Positions 29,379 to 37,876 of a stretch of DNA of 64,000 nt are shown here, one piece after another (position 1 is the stretch's first letter; every line of letters starts with the position of its first letter). The notes under the pieces are model-generated. The model had not been told where the DNA came from. It ran no database searches and was given only the letters and a program-made list of their open reading frames with translations. A program made the position numbers and the translations under genes. The stretch lies in assembly GCA_963719485.1 (NCBI GenBank), contig OY970387.1, forward strand, positions 1,899,717 through 1,963,716, in the 5' to 3' direction. This DNA is from an uncultured Acidimicrobiaceae bacterium (GTDB taxonomy: Bacteria > Actinomycetota > Acidimicrobiia > Acidimicrobiales > RAAP-2).

Positions 29379-29394
29379 AGCGATGCGTATCGCT
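29379..29394. promoter_or_regulatory. inverted repeat AGCGAT-gcgt-ATCGCT upstream of a crotonase gene
   Basis: Read directly. It lies about 22 nt upstream of the ATG at 29416 and overlaps the RBS region. Confidence 0.3.
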
Positions 29395-29415
29395 CGGAAG
29401 GAAAGGAGTAGACGG

Positions 29416-30240
29416 ATGGAGACCACATTCATCGAGTACGCGGTCGAAGACCGGATCGCCACCATCACGCTGAATCGAGCCGAGGCGGCGAACGCCCAGA
29501 CGCTGCCAATGCTTGACGATCTGGATGAGGCATGGTGCCGAGCCGCGGGCGACGATGACGTTCGCGTCGTCATCCTGCAAGCGAATGGGAAGCACTTCTC
29601 GGCTGGGCATGACATGAAGGGGGTCAGCGCAGCAGGAGACGAGCCACCGACGTGGACGTTAGCTGGGGTCTACGAGACGGAGGCACGTCGATTTCTGGAG
29701 TACTCGCTGCGCTGGCGGAACATTCCCAAGCCATCGATCGCAGCGGTCCACGGAGTGTGCATCGCCGGCGGTCTCCTCCTGGCGTGGCCGTGCGACCTCA
29801 TTGTTGCAGCGGACAACGCCAAGTTCTCCGACCCAGTAGTGAACATGGGTATTGGCGGGGTCGAGTATCACGGCCACACCTGGGAGTGGGGCGCACGCAA
29901 GGCGAAGGAGATGCTCTTTACAGGTCGGCCCATGACGGCGGAGGAAGCGGAACGCCTCGGTATGGTGAATCGGGTGGTCCCTCTCAAGGATCTTCGCGTT
30001 GAGACGCGAGCCCTCGCGATGGAGATTGCAACAAAGCATCCGTTCGCACTACGCCAGGCGAAGCGTGCGGTGAATCAGACGCTGGACGTCATGGGCTTCT
30101 ACGCTGCCATACAGTCGGTCTTCGACATCCATCAGACTGGGCACGGCCATGCGTTGAGCGTCTCGGGCCTGCCGATGCTCATGTTGTTGGACGACATGAA
30201 GGCGGAAGTCGCCAGGTCGGCGAGCGCCGACGGATCTTAG
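29416..30240 (+). CDS. crotonase-fold protein (enoyl-CoA hydratase family)
   Basis: The ATG (METTFIEY) lies within ORF 29383..30240 and follows GGAAGGAAAGGAG. It has 'ANGKHFSAGHDM' and 'CIAGGLLLAWPCDLIVAA'. Confidence 0.88.
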   Translation: METTFIEYAVEDRIATITLNRAEAANAQTLPMLDDLDEAWCRAAGDDDVRVVILQANGKHFSAGHDMKGVSAAGDEPPTWTLAGVYETEARRFLEYSLRWRNIPKPSIAAVHGVCIAGGLLLAWPCDLIVAADNAKFSDPVVNMGIGGVEYHGHTWEWGARKAKEMLFTGRPMTAEEAERLGMVNRVVPLKDLRVETRALAMEIATKHPFALRQAKRAVNQTLDVMGFYAAIQSVFDIHQTGHGHALSVSGLPMLMLLDDMKAEVARSASADGS

Positions 30241-30241
30241 G

Positions 30242-30260
30242 TCTCAGTTCCTGACTGAGA
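30242..30260 (+). terminator. possible weak terminator hairpin TCTCAGT-tcctg-ACTGAGA
   Basis: Read directly. It starts 2 nt after the stop at 30240 and has no U-tract. Confidence 0.25.
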
Positions 30261-30473
30261 ACACGGAACCTGGGGACGATCGAAGCCGAGGGCGCGTCCG
30301 CATCAACAGCCGTCTCAAAGGCGTGGCCCATCCGGAACGGTGGGAACATCACCCGCACGGTCGCCGACAAGATCGAAAAGGCCCAGCTGAAGAGCAAATT
30401 CTCGGCTGGTTCGACCCCGAATGCGTCGGTGCGGCCGGCAGAGGGGGCAAGCGAGTGACCTCGCGGCGTAGCA

Positions 30474-30491
30474 ACATAGCAGCTGCTATGT
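30474..30491. promoter_or_regulatory. palindromic operator-like site 3: ACATAG-CAGCTG-CTATGT (perfect 20-mer AACATAGCAGCTGCTATGTT)
   Basis: Read directly. It lies 34 nt upstream of the ATG at 30525. Confidence 0.7.
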
Positions 30492-30524
30492 TCGTTCCAT
30501 CAGAGGCTGAAGGAGTGGAGTCAC

Positions 30525-32939
30525 ATGGCTGGAGCATTCGCAGATCTGCGCGTTCTCGATCTGTCCTGGGGGACCGCCGGGCCCATGACCACGATGTTCC
30601 TTGCTGACAACGGGGCAGACGTCATACGGATCGAGCCACCCCATGGCGATCCATTCGCGCAGCAGACCGGATACCGGGTCTGGAATCGGGGCAAGCGCAG
30701 TGCGTGCCTCGATCTGTGGAGCAGCGAAGGGAGAAAGCACTTCGACGAGCTCGTTCTGACATCAGATGTCGTAGTCGACAGTTTCTCGTGGGGGACGATG
30801 ACGCGGCTCGGTATCGACCATGATGCCCTCAGCGGTCTCAATCCCGGGATCATCACCTGTTCGATCACTGGCTACGGCGAGCACCCCATGCACCGTGACC
30901 GCCCCGGCTACGACGGGCTCGTCGCAGCCAGGACCGGCCTTCTCTACGACCAAAGGGGTCGACGCGGGACAGCCATGGAGTTCATCAATGGCCGCCCTGG
31001 GCCGTACCCCGAATTCGACCTCCCCGAGGGTCTCGTCCGTGGCGCTGCTCGAGAAGGCCCCATTTTCCCGCGGACCCCGTTTCCAAGTGTCGGCGCGACG
31101 TATTTCGCCACGCTCGGTATCGCCGCCGCGTTGCGCGCACGACAGGTCACCGGGCAGGGGCAGCGGGTGACCACGTCTTTGCTGCAGGGCGCTCTAGCCG
31201 CGACGTGCATGAATTGGCAACGAGTCGAGGATCCCGATGCGCCGCTGTATTGGATGTGGCCCGTCGACGCGAGGTCGATCGAGGGCCTCTTCGAATGTGC
31301 GGACGGCAAATGGGTCCATCATTGGACACTCCGCCCTCGGTGGGTCCTGGCGGCCGCCGAGGGGGACACGCTCTCTGCGGTCGGGCTCGATACGTCGTAC
31401 CGGGACGATCCTGATCGAGTCTCCATGGAGTCGGACGGGCTCTTGGCGGGCATCTTCCTCTACCCGCAGTTGGAGGAAGCCTTCAAGAAGTTTCCCTCGG
31501 ACCAGTGGGTCAGCGCGGGGGAGGAGGCAGGCCTTGGGATGACGACGGTCAGACCGCCAGGCGAGGCGCTGGCCGATGAATCCTTCCTCGCCGATGGGTG
31601 TGTGGTCGAGGTCGACGATCCCGAGCTCGGATTGATTCGCCATGCCGGACCGTTGTTGGAGTTCTCTGCGACGCCCGGTGGCGTGGCTGGCCCGGCGCCC
31701 CGCTCAGGTCAACACACCGAGGAGGTGATGGCCGAGGACCTCTCCACTTCAGCTGGTCGCGGCCCAACATTCGGATCACAGGAGTCGCTCGCACATCCCT
31801 TGGCCGGAGTCCGGGTCCTCGACCTCGGGCTCGGGGTTGCGGGCCCATTTACAGGGCGTGCTCTCGCCGACTTAGGGGCCGATGTCATCAAAGTCAATGC
31901 CCTGTACGACAAGTACTGGAACGGCACGCACATGGGTCTCGGCGTGAACCGAGGGAAGCGCAGCATCTCGCTCAACCTCAAGAATCCGGACGGCAGGGAA
32001 GTGCTGGAGAAGCTGCTGCAGACCGCTGACGTGATCACGCTGAACTGGAGGCCGGGAGCAGCCGGCAGGCTGGGTCTCGACTACGAAACACTGCGCCAGC
32101 GGTATCCACGACTGATCCATTGCAATACTCGGGGCTACGAGAAGGGTCCGAGATCTGATCTGCCTGGCACCGACCAGAACGCCGCGGCTATGACGGGTAC
32201 GGAGTGGGAGGACGGGGCATGCAGCGCCGGCAACCCTCCACTCTGGAGCCGGTCGAACATGGGGGACACTGGTAACGCCCTCTTGGCGGCCATCGCCATC
32301 ACGACCGCCCTGTACCACCGGGACCGGACCGGGGAAGGCCAGGCGGTGAGCACGTCCATCGTCAACGCCGCTCTTCTGCAGACGTCTTATGCGTGGATCC
32401 ATTCGGACGGCACCGCTCCCGACTGGGGGCACGTGGATGGCAATCAATTCGGGCTCTCCCCCTACTACCGCCTCTACAAATGCGCGCTCGGCGGATGGGT
32501 CTTCCTGGCCGCCCTCACGAGTCAGACGCAGGCGCAGCTTCGGGCGCTGCTTCCGGGCGAACCTTCGGGAGACGATCCAGAGTCGGTCGCTGGTTGGCTC
32601 GGGTCGTACTTCGAGAGCGCGGTGGCGTCGGAAGCCTTCGCTGCCCTTGACGACGGAGGTGTGCCGATTGAAGTGGTTGACGAGACCTTCTGCCGGAACC
32701 TTTTCGACGATCCCGACGCCCGGCGACTGGACCTCGTCAGCGAGACCCGTTCGAGCAGCGTGGGTCGGTTCGAAGACCCCGGCCTACTCGTCAACATCAG
32801 CCCGTCTGAGCCGGTCGTCCAGCGCGGCCCATGCGCCTGCGGGGAGCACACGGTGGAAATCATGCGTGAATTGGGCTACTCGACCGTCCAGATCGAGGCC
32901 ATGGTGAAGGGCCGTGCTGTCTTGGATGGTGCGCTGTGA
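30525..32939 (+). CDS. fused tandem family-III (CaiB/BaiF) CoA-transferase, two complete domains
   Basis: 804 aa. Domain 1 has 'LRVLDLSWGTAGPMTTMFLADNGADVIRIEPP'. Domain 2 has 'VRVLDLGLGVAGPFTGRALADLGADVIKV'. Confidence 0.88.
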   Translation: MAGAFADLRVLDLSWGTAGPMTTMFLADNGADVIRIEPPHGDPFAQQTGYRVWNRGKRSACLDLWSSEGRKHFDELVLTSDVVVDSFSWGTMTRLGIDHDALSGLNPGIITCSITGYGEHPMHRDRPGYDGLVAARTGLLYDQRGRRGTAMEFINGRPGPYPEFDLPEGLVRGAAREGPIFPRTPFPSVGATYFATLGIAAALRARQVTGQGQRVTTSLLQGALAATCMNWQRVEDPDAPLYWMWPVDARSIEGLFECADGKWVHHWTLRPRWVLAAAEGDTLSAVGLDTSYRDDPDRVSMESDGLLAGIFLYPQLEEAFKKFPSDQWVSAGEEAGLGMTTVRPPGEALADESFLADGCVVEVDDPELGLIRHAGPLLEFSATPGGVAGPAPRSGQHTEEVMAEDLSTSAGRGPTFGSQESLAHPLAGVRVLDLGLGVAGPFTGRALADLGADVIKVNALYDKYWNGTHMGLGVNRGKRSISLNLKNPDGREVLEKLLQTADVITLNWRPGAAGRLGLDYETLRQRYPRLIHCNTRGYEKGPRSDLPGTDQNAAAMTGTEWEDGACSAGNPPLWSRSNMGDTGNALLAAIAITTALYHRDRTGEGQAVSTSIVNAALLQTSYAWIHSDGTAPDWGHVDGNQFGLSPYYRLYKCALGGWVFLAALTSQTQAQLRALLPGEPSGDDPESVAGWLGSYFESAVASEAFAALDDGGVPIEVVDETFCRNLFDDPDARRLDLVSETRSSSVGRFEDPGLLVNISPSEPVVQRGPCACGEHTVEIMRELGYSTVQIEAMVKGRAVLDGAL

Positions 32940-33362
32940 CCGAGACGGGCGAGGTCACCCGCCCCGCCCCACTCCTCAATGATGACAACCACTTCTATTG
33001 GGACGCCGCACGCGAGGGTCGGCTCGTCACGCAGAGATGCCTGAACTGTGGCCGGTTGCGACACCCTCCGCGCCCGATGTGTCCGGCATGTCACTCGCTC
33101 GAGTTCGAAGATCATCGACTTGTCAGGAGATGGCGTGGTTTACAGCTATTCCATCCTTCATCATCCGCAGAACCCGGCATTCGAGTACCCAGTGCTCGCC
33201 GCGCTTATCGATCTGGATGAGGGTGTCCGGGTGCTGTCGAACCTGGTTGAGGTCGACCCGTGCGACATCGCTATTGGCATGGCGGTGACCGTCGAGTTTC
33301 GTCCGACGCGCCACGATGGCGCGGTGCCCGTCTTCAAACCCAAGGCGAAGGCAAATGAATAG
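32936..33362 (+). pseudogene. DUF35 Zn-ribbon/OB-fold protein (thiolase partner) with an apparent frameshift near 33104-33112
   Basis: The N-terminal half ('FYWDAAREGRLVTQRCLNCGRLRHPPRPMCPACHS') is in the frame of ORF 32936..33220. The OB-fold half ('IDLSGDGVVYSYSILH...') is in the frame of ORF 33048..33362. Confidence 0.7.
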
Positions 33363-34521
33363 TCGACTGCGAGACGCCACGGCGATCGTCGGCCTGGGAC
33401 AGACGGAATTCTCGAAGGCAGCCGGTCGCAGCGAGACGCAGCTGGCCGCCGAGGCAATCGTGGCGGCGCTCGCCGATGCGGGACTTACCACTGCCGATGT
33501 GGACGGGCTGGTCAGCTACACCATTGATCCCGTTGAGGAAACTGAGCTCGTGCGCACGCTGGGGATACCGGAGATCACTTTCTCCAGCCGAGTCCCGTAC
33601 GGGGGTGGCGGATCCCAGGGCGTTCTCCTCCACGCTGCAGCGGCCGTAGCGGCGGGGGTCGCCGACGTGGTCGTTGTCTACCGGGCCATTAAGGCGAGAT
33701 CGGGCGAGCGCTTCGGCCGGGCGGCCGTGGGTGGCAGGGGGACGTCAGCGCATTCCGGCTCAACAGCCATGCAATGGGCCACCCCGTACGGCGTCCTCAC
33801 GCCGGCCTCGTGGATGTCGCTTAATTCCGTCCGCTACATGCACACCTTCGGCGTCACAAGCGCGGACTTTGGCCGTGCCGTTGTGCAATTCAGGGACTAC
33901 GCCGCGACGAATCCGAATGCTCACTTTTACCAGAAGCCGATCACGTTGGAAGAGCACCAGGCCTCGCGTTGGATCGCCGAACCAGCTATTCGACTCTTCG
34001 ATTGCTGCCAGGAAACCGATGGATCCATGGCGCTGGTGATCACCTCCGCCGATCGTGCGTCGGGGACTGACCGGCCTGTGATGATCAGCGCGGTCGCGAA
34101 CGCGGCTCTCTTCGAGGAGGAGATCGCCAGCAACCACTACACGAAGGACATTGCGGTCATGGAGGGGTGTGTGACCATGGCGAACAAACTGTTCGAGGGG
34201 TACGGATTCAACAGATCCGACATTGATGTCGCGATGATCTATGACGCGTTCTCTCCGATGTTTCTAATGCAACTCGAGGGTCTCGGATTCTGCGGCCCGG
34301 GCGAAGCGAAGGACTTCATCGCCGAGGGCAACCTAGGGCCCAGTGGCAGTCTTCCCTGCAACACGAACGGCGGCTTGATAGGCGAGGGCTACATCCATGG
34401 GTTGAACCTCACTGCCGAAGCTGTGCGGCAACTCCGCGGCACCTCACCGAATCAACTGATCGATCCGGAGATTGCGCTCGTCTGTGCCAGTCGAACCGGT
34501 CTGATTCTCAGACGACCCTGA
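33355..34521 (+). CDS. SCP2/SCPx-type thiolase-like protein (lipid-transfer-protein family thiolase/aldolase)
   Basis: The ATG at 33355 lies within ORF 33316..34521. It has 'AIVGLGQTEFSK' and 'NTNGGLIGEGYIHGLN'. It overlaps the end of the DUF35 gene. Confidence 0.85.
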   Translation: MNSRLRDATAIVGLGQTEFSKAAGRSETQLAAEAIVAALADAGLTTADVDGLVSYTIDPVEETELVRTLGIPEITFSSRVPYGGGGSQGVLLHAAAAVAAGVADVVVVYRAIKARSGERFGRAAVGGRGTSAHSGSTAMQWATPYGVLTPASWMSLNSVRYMHTFGVTSADFGRAVVQFRDYAATNPNAHFYQKPITLEEHQASRWIAEPAIRLFDCCQETDGSMALVITSADRASGTDRPVMISAVANAALFEEEIASNHYTKDIAVMEGCVTMANKLFEGYGFNRSDIDVAMIYDAFSPMFLMQLEGLGFCGPGEAKDFIAEGNLGPSGSLPCNTNGGLIGEGYIHGLNLTAEAVRQLRGTSPNQLIDPEIALVCASRTGLILRRP

Positions 34522-34525
34522 GCAG

Positions 34526-35194
34526 ATGGTTCGATCAGCGCCAGTCACGGCAAGAGACCGCGAGGCAAACACAGCGGGGAAGCGTCTGCAGGACCTCCTG
34601 GCGCCCCATCGGTGTGCCGTGCTTGTCCAGGAGCTCCAGGAGGGGGTGGTCGGTCCGAACTCTCGACTCAGCGCACTGGCCGACGTGGTGCGTGAATCTT
34701 CCCTCCTCCTTCACGCGGCGAGGGTACTTGGGAGCGCCCGTCGCGCTGGGGTCCCTATCATCCACTGCACGGCCGAGCACCTACCCCAAGGTCTGGGGCG
34801 CAATACCAATGCCCGACTGTTTGTCGCGGCACAAAGGCTTGGCATGGACAACGAGCCTGGTTCCGACTCAGTTAGGCCGGTCAGCCAACTCGGCCCGTTC
34901 TATACCGACATCGTGTTGCCTCGGTACCATGGTCTGAGTCCGCTGACCGGCTCCTCGCTGAATTCAGTGCTCCGCAACAGCGGCGTGCACGCCCTCGTCG
35001 TCATGGGTGTCTCCTTGAACGTCGCGATACCGAACCTTGTGTTCGACGCAGTGAATCGGTCGTATCAGGTCATCCTGGTTTCAGATGCCGTCGCGGGAGT
35101 CCCTCGGGAGTACGGGGCCCAGGTGATCGAGCACACGCTGTCACTCGTGTGCACGATCGCGTCGAGCGAGGAGATCGTGAATGCCTGGGTTTGA
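34526..35194 (+). CDS. isochorismatase-like hydrolase family protein (catalytic triad apparently substituted)
   Basis: 222 aa. 'HALVVMGVSLNVAIPNLVFDAVNRSYQVILVSDA' matches the family fold signature, but Ala stands where the nucleophile Cys normally is. Confidence 0.75.
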   Translation: MVRSAPVTARDREANTAGKRLQDLLAPHRCAVLVQELQEGVVGPNSRLSALADVVRESSLLLHAARVLGSARRAGVPIIHCTAEHLPQGLGRNTNARLFVAAQRLGMDNEPGSDSVRPVSQLGPFYTDIVLPRYHGLSPLTGSSLNSVLRNSGVHALVVMGVSLNVAIPNLVFDAVNRSYQVILVSDAVAGVPREYGAQVIEHTLSLVCTIASSEEIVNAWV

Positions 35195-35291
35195 AACGCC
35201 GCGGACACCGTGATGAGCACGCCCACGTGAACCCCGGCCCTCCCCTGGTTGTTGAATCTCGCGCTCCGGGCGGCAATCGTGACCCCTCTTC

Positions 35292-36179
35292 GTGGACGGG
35301 TCGCTGATGGCCGCCGACCTGTCGGCCCTGGTGGATGACCTCGTGGCCGAGTCGGCCGTACTCGACGCCGTGCTCGACGGGCTCCGCCCCGGACAATGGT
35401 CAGAGGCCACCCCGTCCGCCGGCTGGAGCGTGGGCGACCAGGTCAGCCACCTCGCGTACTTCGACGGCACGACGCTGCAGTCCCAGACTGCTCCAGAGCA
35501 GTTCCGTGTGGACGCAGCGGCACTCAGGGCTCGTGGCGACGACTTCTCGGATCAAGTCGCGGCCGAGCATCGAGGTATGCCGGGCTCGGATCTGCGCGCC
35601 TGGTTCCGGTCTGCCCGCGCCGAACTAGTAGATGCCTACCGCACACTCGACCCCAAGCGCCGACTGCCTTGGTATGGGCCGGACATGACGCCTGCCTCGT
35701 CTGTCACGGCCCGGCTGATGGAGACCTGGGCTCACGGCCATGACATCGTCGAAGCACTCGGTGTCGAGGTTGTCCCGACGGGCCGCTTGCGTCATGTCGC
35801 CGACCTGGGCATTCGTGCGATGCATTACAGCTACGCCGTGAATGGACTGCCGCGACCCACCGAGACCATCTCGGTCGAGCTCGCCGCGCCGGACGGGGCC
35901 GCCTGGCGGTGGGGTTCGGCGGAAGCCGCCAACTGCGTCCGCGGCGATGCGTTGGATTTCTGCCGCGTCGTCACGCAGCGAAGGCACGCCGATGACACAG
36001 GTCTGGTCGTGATGGGTCCGACCGCACAGCAGTGGATCTCCATCGCACAGGCGTTCGCTGGTCCGGCGGGCCCTGGCCGGGGCCGACTGCGAAGCGCCGG
36101 TGCTTCTGCGGGCGTGTACGCATCGTCCAGCCCGGGGCCGCGGAGGGGCCGGAACGACGCCGCCCCGCCCGGACGGTGA
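35292..36179 (+). CDS. TIGR03084-family / mycothiol-dependent maleylpyruvate isomerase-like (DinB-type) protein
   Basis: It has 'LVDDLVAESAVLDAVLDGLRPGQWSEATPSAGWSVGDQVSHLAYFD'. The start is either GTG 35292 or ATG 35307. The C-terminal about 30 aa look low-complexity. Confidence 0.8.
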   Translation: MDGSLMAADLSALVDDLVAESAVLDAVLDGLRPGQWSEATPSAGWSVGDQVSHLAYFDGTTLQSQTAPEQFRVDAAALRARGDDFSDQVAAEHRGMPGSDLRAWFRSARAELVDAYRTLDPKRRLPWYGPDMTPASSVTARLMETWAHGHDIVEALGVEVVPTGRLRHVADLGIRAMHYSYAVNGLPRPTETISVELAAPDGAAWRWGSAEAANCVRGDALDFCRVVTQRRHADDTGLVVMGPTAQQWISIAQAFAGPAGPGRGRLRSAGASAGVYASSSPGPRRGRNDAAPPGR

Positions 36180-36268
36180 CCATGTTCCGCGCGCGCGGTC
36201 ACCTCGGCGGCCGCCGGGCGAGGGGCTGAGCTCCGAAATAGAGGCCTCCCGTTCGGTCCTTGGGTGTG

Positions 36269-36286
36269 CCATAGTAGTAACTATGG
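36269..36286. promoter_or_regulatory. palindromic operator-like site 4: CCATAG-TAGTAA-CTATGG
   Basis: Read directly. It lies 218 nt upstream of the ABC substrate-binding gene. Confidence 0.6.
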
Positions 36287-36425
36287 AAGGCGGCAAGAGC
36301 GGTGCAAACTGGCGGTCCGTCCGTCCTTTGGAGCGGGTAGCGGGGACACGGCCAGGGGGCGACCCCCCCTACGGCCTCTAGGTCCATAGGCTGGTCACCA
36401 AAGGGTATTGGGAAGACGCCAATGG

Positions 36426-36440
36426 CCTGTGATTCACAGG
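36426..36440. promoter_or_regulatory. second, distinct palindrome CCTGTGA-t-TCACAGG
   Basis: Read directly. It lies 64 nt upstream of the ATG at 36504. Confidence 0.4.
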
Positions 36441-36503
36441 TCAGTCGGCGAGCGTGCGTTGGCATGCATCGAGCCTCAGCTCGAAGAACAGGGGAGGGAT
36501 GCA

Positions 36504-37844
36504 ATGGGTTTCAGAGGTTCTCGCTGGCTCTCGGGCCTGGCGGTCACGACCATAATGGTGTCGCTGTTGGGGCTCGCCGGCGGAGGACCCGCTCAAGCGG
36601 CTGATCGAACCACGCTCTCGAGCAATGGCTCGTGGCCCGGTGTCGGAACTATCTGCGAGAAAGGACCGGGTGGCTCTTCCACTGTGCGGGGCGTCTCCGA
36701 CAAGGCCATCGATCTCGCAACATTCGCCGATCCAGGCAACACGGTGCAGCCCGGTCTGAACGTCCAGTTCTTCCAGATGGCCGGAGCGTTCGCCAAATGG
36801 TGCAACGCCGCCGGAGGAATCAACGGCCGTCAGATAGTCGTGCACGACAGGGATGCGGCACTCTTCAATGCGGCACAGGTCACGAACCAGGCGTGCCAAC
36901 AGGACTTCATGTCGGTCGGCGGCGGTCTGGCGATTGACGAGTCCGCCGTCCCTGTCCGTGTTGGTTGCGGCCTCGGCCAGATCACGGACTTCACCGTGTC
37001 CAATCAAGCCGTCGCTGCAGCCCTGCAGGTCAACCCGGCGGGGAACAACAATTCGAAGGTCGAAGCCGGTTGGTACGGAGCATTGGCGAAGAAGTACCCG
37101 GCTGCGATCAAGGCCTTCGGCTCCGGCGGGCAGAACACGCCCAGCATCCTTGAGCCCACGGAGAAGTGGAGGGACGCCGCGATCCAGCAGGGCTACAAGT
37201 TGAAGGACTTTCAGGAGCCTCCTCTCACCGTGACTGACTGGACGCCCTATGTCGAAGAGGCGCAGAACAAGGGCGTGCAGGCACTCGAGCCGTCTGATGA
37301 TGCCGCCCTCGCTCCGTACCTGCAGGCAATGAACACGGCGGGCTACGACCCGGCCTTCATCTTCTTGACCACGCAGTTCTACGACAAGGCGACGATCCAG
37401 GCTGCGTCCGGCGTGAAACTCCCTCCGACGTACACCGATACGCAGACGTTTCCCTTCGAGTTGGCGTCACAGAGCCCGGGCCTTCAGCAGATGGAGGCGA
37501 TCATGAAAAAGTACGCCAAGGGAGACCCAGTCGATCAGGACGATGAATTTGCCACGAGCTCCTGGGTCCTCTTTGCCAAGTCCGCCTCGGCGTGCGGTGC
37601 CGCTCTCACGGTCTCATGCGTGTTGGACCATGCAGCCGCTGAGAAGAATTGGACTGGCGGCGGCGTGATGGCGCCTACTCCTCGGCTCGCCATGTCCAAT
37701 CAGAACCCGACACCGAGCGATTGCTACGTACTCATGCAGGTCGAGCCGGGGAAGTTCGCCTATGACAAGTCCGACACGAAGCCGAACAACGGTGTCTGGC
37801 ACTGCGACCCGAAGACAATCTTTCCAGTGTCGGTCAACGGCTAA
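36504..37844 (+). CDS. ABC transporter substrate-binding protein (LivJ/Peripla_BP_6 type) with signal peptide
   Basis: The ATG at 36504 follows GGGGAGGG. A signal-like 'LAVTTIMVSLLGLAGGGPAQA' is present. Confidence 0.82.
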   Translation: MGFRGSRWLSGLAVTTIMVSLLGLAGGGPAQAADRTTLSSNGSWPGVGTICEKGPGGSSTVRGVSDKAIDLATFADPGNTVQPGLNVQFFQMAGAFAKWCNAAGGINGRQIVVHDRDAALFNAAQVTNQACQQDFMSVGGGLAIDESAVPVRVGCGLGQITDFTVSNQAVAAALQVNPAGNNNSKVEAGWYGALAKKYPAAIKAFGSGGQNTPSILEPTEKWRDAAIQQGYKLKDFQEPPLTVTDWTPYVEEAQNKGVQALEPSDDAALAPYLQAMNTAGYDPAFIFLTTQFYDKATIQAASGVKLPPTYTDTQTFPFELASQSPGLQQMEAIMKKYAKGDPVDQDDEFATSSWVLFAKSASACGAALTVSCVLDHAAAEKNWTGGGVMAPTPRLAMSNQNPTPSDCYVLMQVEPGKFAYDKSDTKPNNGVWHCDPKTIFPVSVNG

Positions 37845-37876
37845 GCGAGGCCAGAAGGGGTCACTCGGGTAACTCG

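Noticed and set aside
36426-36440. TGTGA/TCACA half-sites considered as a CRP/FNR-family site.
   Set aside because: CRP-type sites need 6-bp spacing between half-sites, and here the spacing is 1 bp. I keep it only as an unassigned palindrome.
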